The position numbers and the translations under genes were made by a program. 18,551 nt of DNA. Source: a virus. Position 1 is the first letter of the stretch. Each line of letters opens with the position of its first letter. Below the pieces are notes generated by a model, which ran no database searches, was not told where the DNA came from, and was given only the letters and a program-made list of their open reading frames with translations. The stretch lies in the UHGV virus genome UHGV-0121047; one strand, 5' to 3'. Shown one piece after another: positions 1-8,832 of this stretch.

Positions 1-56
1 AAAGAAGGCACTAACTAAACGCCGCAACGGGGCTAAATAGCCCCAGATACCCTAAC

Positions 57-80
57 AGCCCCTACTCAAAGGGGCTTTTT
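57..80 (+). terminator. Rho-independent terminator (stem AGCCCCT/AGGGGCT, loop ACTCAA, then T-run), probably ending a plus-strand gene upstream of the window
   Basis: 7-bp perfect inverted repeat 57-63/70-76 followed by TTTT at 77-80; preceded by a second hairpin GGGGCT-AAAT-AGCCCC at 29-44. Confidence 0.55.
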
Positions 81-377
81 ACGTCTATGTAATAACCTCT
101 ATTAAACCCTTCCCTTTCCTTTCTAGAATCTTATCAGACCTTAAAAGCAATAACTCTATAGTCTACTCTATAGCCTTTTATCAAATCAACTTAAATACAA
201 GCCCATAACCCGAAAGGGAAGGGCAACCCCTTAAACGCTCTATAACAGCCTTATCAACCTAACTTAAGCAATCATATTAACCCACTCTAAAAAGCCCTTC
301 CTAGAGCTTCCCAGAGCCTTAAAAGAATCTTATAAGGGTGTAAGCTTTATCATCTCGTTAGTATTCTTGTGAATATC

Positions 378-1520
378 TAAAAAGGGCTTGTTAGTCACTA
401 AAAAGTATGTTATAGGGGCTATAAAGTTACTTTGAAGTAGCTTAAAAGTTACGTAAATACTAGCCCCCTTAACATTTTCTTAACAAATTCTTAACAAACC
501 CTACATAGTTATGCTTGTTAGCCCCTTGTTAAATCTCTGTTAAGACCACGTAAAAGCCTTGTAAGATTCTTTGACATAGCCTTTAAAGCCCCTGTAAAGC
601 CCTATAAAGAGCTATCCATACAGTTGAGGGGTAGATACTAGGAAGAGGCTTAAAAGGGGCTATACAGAGCTATAGAGAGCTTTTAAGAGGCATGTTTAGA
701 GAATCACTAAGAAAGGAAAGGGAACGATAAGAAAGGAGTAGTGACCATGTTAATAGTTTGTTAAAAAGATTAAACACTTGTTAGAAACTTGTTAATTATC
801 TTAACAAAATAACTCTTTAAAATTAACTTGTTAGCTCTTGTTAGTCACCTGTTAAGCGTCTGTAAAGACTATTCAGCACTTGTTAGAAAACTGTTACAGC
901 CTTGTTAGTTCTGTTAAGAAACTGTTAAGACCTTTGAAGAGTTGTTAAGAAGATGTGAGAACTGTTAATAGATTGTTAAGGATATTTTAAAATTTTGCAA
1001 AGTACTTGTAAGGGAGCTGTTAAGGGCTACCAAGCAGATATACATCCAAGACAGATATTTTTCAGTTCCTTCAAAGACCCTAAAAAATAACTTGATAGTC
1101 CTATTTTATAAAAATTTTAAGATTCTGAATAATTACCTATACAGTCTTTTAAAAATACAGGTAGAAACAGGCTTATAAGATACCTTGTTAGTACCGTGTT
1201 AGACCTTGTGAGATAAGGTCTGTAAAGATATTCCTGTTAAGTTTGTTAAAACAGTCTATATAGAGGCTTAGTAGTACCTAGTGAACACCTATAGAGGGTA
1301 TCATAGGTAACCTAGAGATTAAGAGGTGTATAGGAGCTTCTAAGAGGGTATAGAGAGATGGTTAAGGTGGTTGTATAGGTTGTTAAGAAGGCTTGTTAGA
1401 AGAGTGTTTAGAAGGCTTATACAGAGGGGCTATTAAGACCACTAGATAGATACTAAGATACTATATAGTACTATATAACTATATATAGAGAGTAAGCTTA
1501 AGAAGGTTGTTAAGAAGGAT
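378..1520. repeat. Dispersed array of about 30 short (C)TTGTTA(A/G) / CTGTTAAG boxes, with a dense phased core at 748-1022
   Basis: TGTTA occurrences at 748, 759, 779, 790, 829, 839, 850, 881, 892, 903, 912, 923, 943, 963, 974, 1018; spacings are mostly 10-11 or 20 bp; no ORF of 60 aa or more on either strand. Confidence 0.7.
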
Positions 1521-1580
1521 AGATATTTTATTCACATATGATGGTGACCCAGAGGTTGGGACAACCGATAAAATTTTATA

Positions 1581-1610
1581 AAAATTAAAAAGCCCCCAAT
1601 TAAGGAGGCT
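1581..1610 (-). terminator. Rho-independent terminator at the end of the minus-strand gene train
   Basis: Plus-strand AGCCCCC (1591-1597) / GGAGGCT (1604-1610) imperfect inverted repeat, preceded on plus by the A-rich run 1581-1590 (T-run on minus after the hairpin); lies just past the stop of the 1622-2227 gene. Confidence 0.5.
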
Positions 1611-1621
1611 CTTAAGATATT

Positions 1622-2227
1622 TTAAATCAGACTTTCTAAAACTGTTTTTAGTGATGACTTGGTTGTCTGATAAAAATGAGTGAATCCGTTGTTGTTATCG
1701 AATATCTGCATCATAACAGCATCTCCCTTGATTGGATACACTCGGATATCATAGTGAAACCCATTAAAGACAGCAGAACCATTACAGAATACACTAAAAT
1801 CACTTGCTGAGATATACTCTTCATGACCTGTGATTTTTATACAGACACCTTTACTCGGTCTCTTAGGGTTGATATCTTCCATAATAGACATACTCTGTCC
1901 ACCAAGAGATACCATAGTGACCACTTTACGGTTTTTCTGTTTAAAGTACATTTTAACTTTCTGTAAAGTGTCTTCATAGAACGGATAAGACTTCTCTACA
2001 AAGATTCCTTCTAATGGTTCTTTACCATTCCTAACTTCTCTGATATGACGTACTGAGAAGATAAGTTGCTCTAGTATGTCAAGGCTTTCTTCGGATAGTG
2101 CTTCCCGAATATCATTCCAGTCAAGAACTAGGTAGTTGCCTTCAACTTCTTTTAAGTTATCTTTTTCCATAGCTATCACACCATTATCGTAAGACTTGGT
2201 AATCTGGTACTGCAAACTTGTTGTCAT
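1622..2227 (-). CDS. hypothetical protein (201 aa)
   Basis: Six-frame ORF; last gene of minus-strand operon. Start from the first ATG overlaps the upstream gene by 44 nt; an internal ATG at 2170 is an alternative start. No recognisable motif. Confidence 0.6.
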   Translation of the reverse strand: MTTSLQYQITKSYDNGVIAMEKDNLKEVEGNYLVLDWNDIREALSEESLDILEQLIFSVRHIREVRNGKEPLEGIFVEKSYPFYEDTLQKVKMYFKQKNRKVVTMVSLGGQSMSIMEDINPKRPSKGVCIKITGHEEYISASDFSVFCNGSAVFNGFHYDIRVYPIKGDAVMMQIFDNNNGFTHFYQTTKSSLKTVLESLI

Positions 2228-2648
2228 TGTTTTTGATGAGGTCTTCTTCTGTTACTAAGAATGTAAGACCACATAAGTGTGTATAGCGGCTGTCATACTC
2301 AAATATTTTAAGTAAGTATTTACCATCATGATAAACAGATTCTACTACACCTTTTGCAACAATCTTCCCAGTCTTGAAATCTTTAAGGCGGTATACATTA
2401 CCAACTTTAGGAACTGTTTTCATCTCAGGCTCTTTTAGCTTATCACCAGCTTCTACATCACCTAGCAAGTGAGAACTTTCAAAAGCTACATATTGCATAT
2501 AAGCCTCTGAGCATTCCCAGATAAAACAATGTACAAGAGCCTTAGCAGCATGTCTTGAACAATTCAACTTATCACAAATCTCTTTGTACATTTCATCTTT
2601 AGTTGAGTTGTTAAGCATTGCTTTTTGAACGACTTCTTTAATTTTCAT
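2184..2648 (-). CDS. hypothetical protein (154 aa)
   Basis: Six-frame ORF in the same-strand gene train; no recognisable motif. Confidence 0.6.
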   Translation of the reverse strand: MKIKEVVQKAMLNNSTKDEMYKEICDKLNCSRHAAKALVHCFIWECSEAYMQYVAFESSHLLGDVEAGDKLKEPEMKTVPKVGNVYRLKDFKTGKIVAKGVVESVYHDGKYLLKIFEYDSRYTHLCGLTFLVTEEDLIKNNDNKFAVPDYQVLR

Positions 2649-2700
2649 TTCGCTACCTTCTAAGTTCCTACAAAGGGGCTATCAAGTAACCCCTAAGTTA

Positions 2701-2925
2701 TTACTCAGACTTTTCAGTCTTCTTATCGGATTTCTTACTAGCCTTCTTCTCAGCTTTCTGCTCAGGTTCCTTCTCAGAAGTTGCCTTGATAACCATATCA
2801 AGAAGCTCTGATAGGTCACTCTTCAGCAAAGTAACAGGCTGCTCATTGTAGAAGTTTTTGTCAAGATAAACTTTGAACTTTTCAATAGAAGGAAATCCAA
2901 AAATTGGTACAGGTGTCTTAATCAT
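2701..2925 (-). CDS. small hypothetical protein with Lys/Glu-rich C-terminal tail (74 aa)
   Basis: Six-frame ORF; C-terminus KEPEQKAEKKASKKSDKKTEKSE is low-complexity and basic. Confidence 0.5.
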   Translation of the reverse strand: MIKTPVPIFGFPSIEKFKVYLDKNFYNEQPVTLLKSDLSELLDMVIKATSEKEPEQKAEKKASKKSDKKTEKSE

Positions 2926-3061
2926 TACTTAGTCTCTCCATAGGCATCTTTTAAGATTGCCTTGTTAATCATTTCAGCGATTGCAAAACGAACACATACA
3001 GCTATAATTGTAGGTTGCATTCTTTACTTACCTCTTCAAGTTTAACCTCAGAGTCCTTAAG

Positions 3062-3535
3062 TCATTTCTTATGAACCCTGAACCTTATTAGTGAGATGAT
3101 GATACCAGCTAAAGGAACAGCATACAAGTACCAGATATCGTGTATCTTTGTAGTAATCTGTGTAATTGTCAAATCTTGAGCTATGCAGCTAATTGCTGAT
3201 ACTGCCAGTAACATTGCTAAGAAGAACGCCAGTACCATAACAATACTTAGGCAGCCTCTGGCATGGTGTTCATGCTTAATGCACTTATTCTTTTCGTCAA
3301 CAACTCTGTTGTAGTCATTTGCAAAGTCTCTGTAGAAAGCTTTCAGGTATTTTTGATTGTAACCTTCAAAGCAGCCTGTACCATACCAATAATCACCACC
3401 GAAATGTGCTATGATACCAGTCTCTCCATTTGGTTTCGTCACTCTTAAAGAAGTGTGATGGCGAGTATCCTGAAAATCTATCTTGTATCTTTCTTCGTAA
3501 ATCATTCCCCAACCCCTCTCAATCGTTTGTTCCAC
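3062..3535 (-). CDS. putative membrane protein (157 aa; alternative start at 3505 gives ATGA start/stop overlap with upstream gene)
   Basis: Six-frame ORF; C-terminal hydrophobic stretch LSIVMVLAFFLAMLLAVSAISCIA and a second one YLYAVPLAGIIISLI suggest two transmembrane helices. Confidence 0.6.
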   Translation of the reverse strand: MEQTIERGWGMIYEERYKIDFQDTRHHTSLRVTKPNGETGIIAHFGGDYWYGTGCFEGYNQKYLKAFYRDFANDYNRVVDEKNKCIKHEHHARGCLSIVMVLAFFLAMLLAVSAISCIAQDLTITQITTKIHDIWYLYAVPLAGIIISLIRFRVHKK

Positions 3536-3720
3536 TCAAGGTCAACAAGTCTTTGCAGGACTTTCCCTCTAGGTGTTACACCTTTTAAATCTGCATCGTA
3601 GCAACGGTAAAAGTCACCTTCAGCGTGTTTACCATAGCATTTTCTGATATTCTGGCTTCTGCGATACTGTTCTAACAGGGAAAGTTTGTAGTAATCTTCA
3701 ACTGTAGTTAACTTTTTCAT
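3502..3720 (-). CDS. small hypothetical protein (72 aa)
   Basis: Six-frame ORF in the gene train; a hairpin with an A-rich plus-strand run (3746-3778) sits upstream. Confidence 0.5.
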   Translation of the reverse strand: MKKLTTVEDYYKLSLLEQYRRSQNIRKCYGKHAEGDFYRCYDADLKGVTPRGKVLQRLVDLEWNKRLRGVGE

Positions 3721-3803
3721 TCTTTTACCATGTCTCTTATCTAGAAACTAAAAAGGGAACTACCTCTTGATAGCTCCCATCATAATCAGTTTTGTATACT
3801 CGG

Positions 3804-4385
3804 TCAAGAGTATTTTTTAGGCAGTAATGCACTGCGCTTGTTACTCTCTTCACTCAATAGTGCAATGAAATCATCACTTTTACCTTTCCACGGGCTAAAT
3901 GAAGGGATATGCTCACGGATAGCCTCAATCACTGTTTTAAGTGCTGTGTTCTTCATCCACCAATCAGGGTCTGCTGATGCTACCACGTAGTATCCACCGT
4001 CATCAGTTAAAATTGGCTCTGAAATACATGGTGAAATCAAAGTGGTGATAATTGAACCATTGTTCATGTAGTATGTACGCTTCATAACCTTTTCAAGAAG
4101 CTTGTGAAGGTCACCAAACAGTGTTACAAGTTCTTTGTGGTCGATGTCTTTTTCGAGGCTTGCTCGGTACTTCAATAGTGCAGCATCAACCTCTCTGTCA
4201 TTAAACTTGAAATATTGAACTTCTTCCACAAGGCAAACACTGATATTGTTAACGTTCATAGTCAACTTGCAAACTTTTACAGGAGAATTGATGTTTGGTT
4301 GAAAAAGTGCAACACACCCTTCAATATTTCCAAAGTGTTGTACAAGTGTTACTTGTGGAATGATATCCTGTTGCTCTTCGGACAT
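3804..4385 (-). CDS. hypothetical protein (193 aa)
   Basis: Six-frame ORF; stop overlaps the start of the next gene by 1 nt. Confidence 0.65.
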   Translation of the reverse strand: MSEEQQDIIPQVTLVQHFGNIEGCVALFQPNINSPVKVCKLTMNVNNISVCLVEEVQYFKFNDREVDAALLKYRASLEKDIDHKELVTLFGDLHKLLEKVMKRTYYMNNGSIITTLISPCISEPILTDDGGYYVVASADPDWWMKNTALKTVIEAIREHIPSFSPWKGKSDDFIALLSEESNKRSALLPKKYS

Positions 4386-4729
4386 TACAGTTTCCTCATT
4401 AAATACTTTTTAAGTTGTGTGTTAGGTTTCTCAAAAACTTCTATAGAAGATATCTTGACAGATTCACCACGCATACCAGTATGTTTGAATATGTAATACT
4501 CTAGCATCCCTATGTACTTTGCTGGTAAATCATATTTGACATACACCGTCACAGAATCTTCAAATTCGACAACCTTTGTGCCATCTTTGTAGTTAAACTC
4601 TTTAGGATGGTTGTAGTTGTCTATGTCATACATTAAAAAGAGTCTTTTACGTTGTAAGTCAAGCTTATTTGTTAAAGACTCTTTGATATCTGAGAAGTTT
4701 TTATAGACCGTTACGTGGAGCTTACTCAT
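4385..4729 (-). CDS. hypothetical protein (114 aa)
   Basis: Six-frame ORF; overlaps neighbours by 1 and 8 nt, consistent with translational coupling. Confidence 0.65.
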   Translation of the reverse strand: MSKLHVTVYKNFSDIKESLTNKLDLQRKRLFLMYDIDNYNHPKEFNYKDGTKVVEFEDSVTVYVKYDLPAKYIGMLEYYIFKHTGMRGESVKISSIEVFEKPNTQLKKYLMRKL

Positions 4730-5015
4730 CGTTAAACTCTCTGACGAAGAAATAGTTGACTTTATTATTACCTACCATAAGGTCAAAGCAGGTATTTTCA
4801 AAAGGTTTGTTGTAGGCATCATATGAAACATATGGGTCAGCTACTTGCTTAGTGCTTAACTTCTTACTTGATGGGTTTAAGAGGCCACCATATAGCTTCT
4901 TGATAGCCTCTTCTACAACAGACCAGATGATTTCGTCAGTAATTTCTTCGTACAGGTCAAGTTCACGCTCTAGTGAGAAGTCACAAATAGGGAAAATAAC
5001 CTGCACTTTACTCAT
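4722..5015 (-). CDS. hypothetical protein (97 aa)
   Basis: Six-frame ORF; 1-nt overlap with the upstream gene (TAATG-type junction). Confidence 0.6.
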   Translation of the reverse strand: MSKVQVIFPICDFSLERELDLYEEITDEIIWSVVEEAIKKLYGGLLNPSSKKLSTKQVADPYVSYDAYNKPFENTCFDLMVGNNKVNYFFVREFNDE

Positions 5016-5416
5016 TAACGGATAACCTGTGTGACTTGAATTGCTTCAGTTACTGATAAATCACCTACTTGCTCTTCTTTGATAAAAGTGAAGGTGAGTT
5101 CAACAGGTTCTTCCTCTTCTTCTTCTTGCTTAACTGGAACACCATTAAGCTCATCAAAGATTGATTGAGTTGTCCAGTCTTCTCCACCATCTGGATAGTG
5201 GATTGCATAAAGAGGAAACTCTAAATTGTACCAAGCAAAAACAGGACAACCATCTACATCATCTCGGCATCTGTGGAGATATGTATTTGTACCTTCAAAA
5301 TGCAAATGGAGATTTCCATTCTTCTCAAAGAGAAGAGCATCTTGCAGGTCTAGTTCCTCATTTTCGCTGTAACGACTGACATCAACTTTAACGTGGATAT
5401 GACTGTTATTATTCAT
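5015..5416 (-). CDS. hypothetical acidic protein (133 aa)
   Basis: Six-frame ORF; contains a poly-Glu tract (QEEEEEEPVE). Confidence 0.6.
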   Translation of the reverse strand: MNNNSHIHVKVDVSRYSENEELDLQDALLFEKNGNLHLHFEGTNTYLHRCRDDVDGCPVFAWYNLEFPLYAIHYPDGGEDWTTQSIFDELNGVPVKQEEEEEEPVELTFTFIKEEQVGDLSVTEAIQVTQVIR

Positions 5417-5807
5417 AAAAACCTCTCTCTGCTTGTTCGATTTTTGCTCTTAAAGTTTCGCAATGCTGTAAATGGTAGTTAGCTTCTTGTTCATGTGTTG
5501 CTAACTGCCTTTCCAGAACAGATTTATAGTAACCTGCAAGTTGCTCTTTTGTCAATGGGTGCTCTGAAATAATATCAAGTCCACTTTCACCAAGAGGGTT
5601 GAATTGTCCATGTTCGTTGACATTGTAAGTCTCAAACTTGAACAGGCCATTGTTCACAGACTCAATAGGTGACATCTCAACAAGCTCTACAGTAAACCGT
5701 GTATATACCTTGTCACCTCTTGAAACCACATTGTTCCCGACAATGCGTACAAGCGAGCCATTACGAGTGTACTTAAAAGTTCCAAAGTCACTAGCCCAAA
5801 GCTTCAT
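5409..5807 (-). CDS. hypothetical protein (132 aa)
   Basis: Six-frame ORF immediately downstream (on minus) of a terminator-like hairpin; 8-nt overlap with the next gene. Confidence 0.6.
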   Translation of the reverse strand: MKLWASDFGTFKYTRNGSLVRIVGNNVVSRGDKVYTRFTVELVEMSPIESVNNGLFKFETYNVNEHGQFNPLGESGLDIISEHPLTKEQLAGYYKSVLERQLATHEQEANYHLQHCETLRAKIEQAERGFYE

Positions 5808-5821
5808 AGTTTTCTCCTTAG

Positions 5822-5848
5822 AAAATAAAAAAGGCTCCCGAAGGAGCC
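5822..5848 (-). terminator. Rho-independent terminator (or attenuator) after the lysozyme gene
   Basis: Plus strand AAAATAAAAAA then GGCTCC-CGAA-GGAGCC; on minus this is a 6-bp GC-rich hairpin with tetraloop followed by a T-run. Confidence 0.6.
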
Positions 5849-5858
5849 TATGAAGATA

Positions 5859-6323
5859 TTACTTTGGATATACACTGTCAAGATAAATGTCAGCTTCCAT
5901 TCTACGTCTGTTTTTCAGTCCGTTTGAAGTGACCTTCTGACCTTTGACTGTAACCTTGTTCCACCACTGCATAGCTTCTGCACAACCTACCTTATTACCA
6001 GCATTGTGGCGCTTGATAAATGTAGAATCCTGCATAGCTGTGATACCGATGTTGTATGTTTCACTTACAAGTGCATCGAACTCATTCTGAGAAGTTGGAA
6101 CCTTGATGGCTTTGTTCACTGCTGCAACGAACTTTTCAACATCTGCGAGAAGATACTGTTCAGCTTGTTCAGCAGTAATTTTCATACCCATCTTAACAGG
6201 TTTTCCGTCAATACGGATTGTCCCATACCCAATTGTTGGGATTCCGGCAGAGTCTTCGTAAGCCTCTAACTTCAGACCTTCGAAGAACTTAATAGCATCT
6301 AAACCTTTTCTTGAGAGTTGCAT
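5859..6323 (-). CDS. lysozyme / endolysin, glycoside hydrolase family 24 (T4 lysozyme-like)
   Basis: N-terminal region EGLKLEAYEDSAGIPTIGYG aligns with the T4 lysozyme catalytic region [21 protein letters not shown] (Glu, Asp, Thr conserved); size 154 aa fits. Confidence 0.9.
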   Translation of the reverse strand: MQLSRKGLDAIKFFEGLKLEAYEDSAGIPTIGYGTIRIDGKPVKMGMKITAEQAEQYLLADVEKFVAAVNKAIKVPTSQNEFDALVSETYNIGITAMQDSTFIKRHNAGNKVGCAEAMQWWNKVTVKGQKVTSNGLKNRRRMEADIYLDSVYPK

Positions 6324-7207
6324 TATGCCTCCCCTGCTGGGTTAACTGTAACTGTTGCCGCATTAGATGTTACAGAGCCACCTGCGCCAGTAACTACACA
6401 GGTGTAGCTTCCTGAATCAGCAGCGGTTGCTCCTTCTTTGGTGTAGGTTGCAGTAGTTGCATCGAGGATGTCTTCCTCATCTTTCTTCCACTGATAACCT
6501 GTTGCACCTGTTGCCACAACATTCAACGTTAAGGTCTCACCTTCATTGATTTCTTGATTGGTTGACTGTTGAGTGATGACAGGAAGTGCATTCACAGTCA
6601 CTGTTGCTGCATCTGAGGTAACACTTGTTCCACCCTCTCCAGATACAACACAAGTGTATGAACCAGCATCAGAAGGTGCTACTGACTGTTTTGTGTAAGT
6701 TGCAGAATTGGCACTAGGGATGTCCTCACCATCCTTCTTCCACTGATATCCAGTGGCGTTAGTTGCTAGAATGCTTAGAGTAAGTGTGCCACCCTCATTG
6801 ACTGTTTGACCTGTCGGTTGCTGAGTAATTGCTGGTGGCTTAATAGCATCCTTCAACTTAGCATTCAACATTGAGAACGGCTTAACTCTTGCCAACCATT
6901 CACAGTAAATTGTGTCAACATCTTTACCATTGATGATTGCATACTGCAAATCCATGAAGAAATCAGCAGTTCTCATCTGTGCACCAACACTGTAAAGCAA
7001 TTCATCACTAAATGGAACTTTGTAGTCTGGTTTGTAGTCAAACTTCTCAACTTCTGCAATATCAGCTTCAGGCCAATATGAACTATAGGTAAGTGGTAAA
7101 ATAGCCTCTTGATATGTTCTAAAATCATACCTCTTACCAGCCTTTACATTTGCAATGAAACCCTTCACAAACTCTTTGAAGTCTGGGTAAGTCTTTGCTT
7201 TAATCAT
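6323..7207 (-). CDS. protein with N-terminal domain paralogous to the adjacent gene plus two C-terminal Ig-like repeats (294 aa)
   Basis: Two about 85-aa repeats each containing TGYQWKKDxEDI...SGSYTCVV..TVTVN, typical of Ig-like (I-set/Big-type) domains; N-terminal 120 aa shares the WPExDI...YKP...LLY...FxMDxQY pattern with the 7204-7575 product. Confidence 0.75.
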   Translation of the reverse strand: MIKAKTYPDFKEFVKGFIANVKAGKRYDFRTYQEAILPLTYSSYWPEADIAEVEKFDYKPDYKVPFSDELLYSVGAQMRTADFFMDLQYAIINGKDVDTIYCEWLARVKPFSMLNAKLKDAIKPPAITQQPTGQTVNEGGTLTLSILATNATGYQWKKDGEDIPSANSATYTKQSVAPSDAGSYTCVVSGEGGTSVTSDAATVTVNALPVITQQSTNQEINEGETLTLNVVATGATGYQWKKDEEDILDATTATYTKEGATAADSGSYTCVVTGAGGSVTSNAATVTVNPAGEA

Positions 7208-7575
7208 TTCTTTTTAGCCTCTAAATGTGCGTTTAGTCTAAAATAACCTTTGTGATGCGGAGATACATCACCAACAACAATACCTTTAACCTTATAGCCT
7301 TTACCAATTACATACTGGATATCCATAAGGAATCTTCCAAGTCCAACAATATGGAACATTGGATATAATAGGTTCTCAGAATCTGGAATATTGATTTCAG
7401 GTTTGTAGGTACGCTGTTCGATTGTTGGTGTAATATCTTCTTCAGGCCATTTGCTGAGTCTCCATGTCAAAGGTGTTGGGATAACATCATTAAGGCTGTA
7501 CCTTTCACCATTTTGCACGGAATTGATATAGGATTGTAGGAAGCAATAAAAGTCTTTTGCACTCTTAGCTTTCAT
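7204..7575 (-). CDS. hypothetical protein, paralog of the N-terminal domain of the Ig-like protein (123 aa)
   Basis: Shared motifs with the 6323-7207 product (MxKAK..DF, GxRY, WPEEDI, YKP, LLY, MDxQY, LNAxL); ATGA start/stop overlap at 7204-7207. Confidence 0.7.
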   Translation of the reverse strand: MKAKSAKDFYCFLQSYINSVQNGERYSLNDVIPTPLTWRLSKWPEEDITPTIEQRTYKPEINIPDSENLLYPMFHIVGLGRFLMDIQYVIGKGYKVKGIVVGDVSPHHKGYFRLNAHLEAKKK

Positions 7576-7622
7576 TAAATATCCTTATAAATAGTTAAAG
7601 GGGCATCAGCCCCTATTCACAC

Positions 7623-8213
7623 TTAAGCTTTGGTCTTAAGTAGGTTCTTAAGTTTTTTAAGATTCATACTCTCATCAAACTTAAAACCAAATCCATTGAC
7701 ATAATCAATGAACTCGGATTTCTTACTGAGTGACAATGCGTAACTCATATCAAAGTTCTTACTTGTTTCTGCGTCTGGACTAGAGTTCACATCAAATGAA
7801 ATTTCTGTAGGCTCTTGCTTACTTTTTCTCATATTATCAGTCAACAAACATGTATAGTTTGCTGGATAGAAGTTTACACTCCCATCAACGTAGCTGTACT
7901 TATTATTATGGATAAGGTTGGAAAATACCTTAAGGAATGTTTCTGAGTCGTGGCAAACAAGTTTGAATTGGCTGCTCTCTCCAAGCGCAACTAATGAGTA
8001 CGGACTTTCACTATCAAAGTCATAATTTGGATTTGATGCCGTCACTGTTACACGCATCAAGTTATTAGCAATAGTCTTCTGTTTAAAAGAATTTTGAACA
8101 TAGTGAAGACCCCTCTCACACTGATTGACTAGCTCTTTAAGTAGGTCATTTGCATATGGTGAGTTAATTGATACAGAGCCGTCACTATTGTAATTAAAAC
8201 TTACTGTTAACAT
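7623..8213 (-). CDS. hypothetical protein (196 aa)
   Basis: Six-frame ORF; no recognisable motif. Confidence 0.65.
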   Translation of the reverse strand: MLTVSFNYNSDGSVSINSPYANDLLKELVNQCERGLHYVQNSFKQKTIANNLMRVTVTASNPNYDFDSESPYSLVALGESSQFKLVCHDSETFLKVFSNLIHNNKYSYVDGSVNFYPANYTCLLTDNMRKSKQEPTEISFDVNSSPDAETSKNFDMSYALSLSKKSEFIDYVNGFGFKFDESMNLKKLKNLLKTKA

Positions 8214-8440
8214 TTTTCAGTTCTCCTGCGATTTATAATTTTGCTGCAATAGAGAAACGAAGTAAACTCACTGGAAGAAACCATTAAGTGTTGTTCACTA
8301 GATTGAGCCATTGCCCTGAAATACATTCCAGTCAAAGCATCATAGTGACTATTCTTTCCAATTGAGGTTATATAGCCATGACTCTTTGCAGTTTGATATA
8401 AATCTATAATATCTGCGATTTCTAATTGGGAACTACACAT
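8207..8440 (-). CDS. small hypothetical protein (77 aa)
   Basis: Six-frame ORF overlapping neighbours by 7 and 19 nt. Confidence 0.45.
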   Translation of the reverse strand: MCSSQLEIADIIDLYQTAKSHGYITSIGKNSHYDALTGMYFRAMAQSSEQHLMVSSSEFTSFLYCSKIINRRRTEKC

Positions 8441-8604
8441 AGATAATCCTCTTGTCTTCTGTAATTTTGAAAGAACAGGTACAGACCAATTTCAGAGGAT
8501 GAATAGTAGATTAATTCTACCCTTTTTGATTCCTTACAGTGATTGGTATTCTTACCTTTCTTCGGTTTATTTGATTTTCTCATTAAGTCTCCTTTGTAGA
8601 ACAA
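8422..8604 (-). CDS. small basic hypothetical protein (60 aa), possible first gene of the minus-strand operon
   Basis: Six-frame ORF; Lys-rich N-terminus (RKSNKPKKGKN); weak support. Confidence 0.3.
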   Translation of the reverse strand: MFYKGDLMRKSNKPKKGKNTNHCKESKRVELIYYSSSEIGLYLFFQNYRRQEDYLCVVPN

Positions 8605-8682
8605 GGCAGACCTACAGCTTTAAGTAAGATGGTACAGTAATCCATACAACAAGTCAAGAACTATTGCAAGTTAAAAAAGTTG

Positions 8683-8718
8683 TTGACAAAGTACTTGACA
8701 AGGTGTAGGCTTATAAAT
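8683..8718 (+). promoter_or_regulatory. Candidate sigma70-like promoter region for the plus-strand genes (two TTGACA hexamers and TATAAAT)
   Basis: TTGACA at 8683-8688 and 8695-8700, TATAAAT at 8712-8718; spacing to either -35 is not canonical (11 or 23 bp), so the exact promoter geometry is uncertain. Confidence 0.35.
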
Positions 8719-8762
8719 ACTTAGAAGATAACTTAAAAGGTTCCTCTAAAAAGGCTATTTAA

Positions 8763-8790
8763 ACAGATATCTTTCTGGATATCTATCTTT
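8763..8790. promoter_or_regulatory. Pair of GATATC-type palindromes in the 5' leader of the 8833 gene, candidate operator
   Basis: ACAGATATCTTTCTGGATATCTATC: AGATATCT and GATATC palindromes about 13 bp apart between the promoter-like hexamers and the start codon. Confidence 0.3.
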
Positions 8791-8832
8791 TATCTTAAAA
8801 GCCTTTTAAGAGGTCTTATAAGAGGCATACCA

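Noticed and set aside
748-1022. CRISPR array as an explanation for the regularly spaced repeats
   Set aside because: The repeated unit is only 6-8 bp with about 3-5 bp between units. CRISPR repeats are 24-48 bp separated by unique spacers of similar length, and there are no cas genes.
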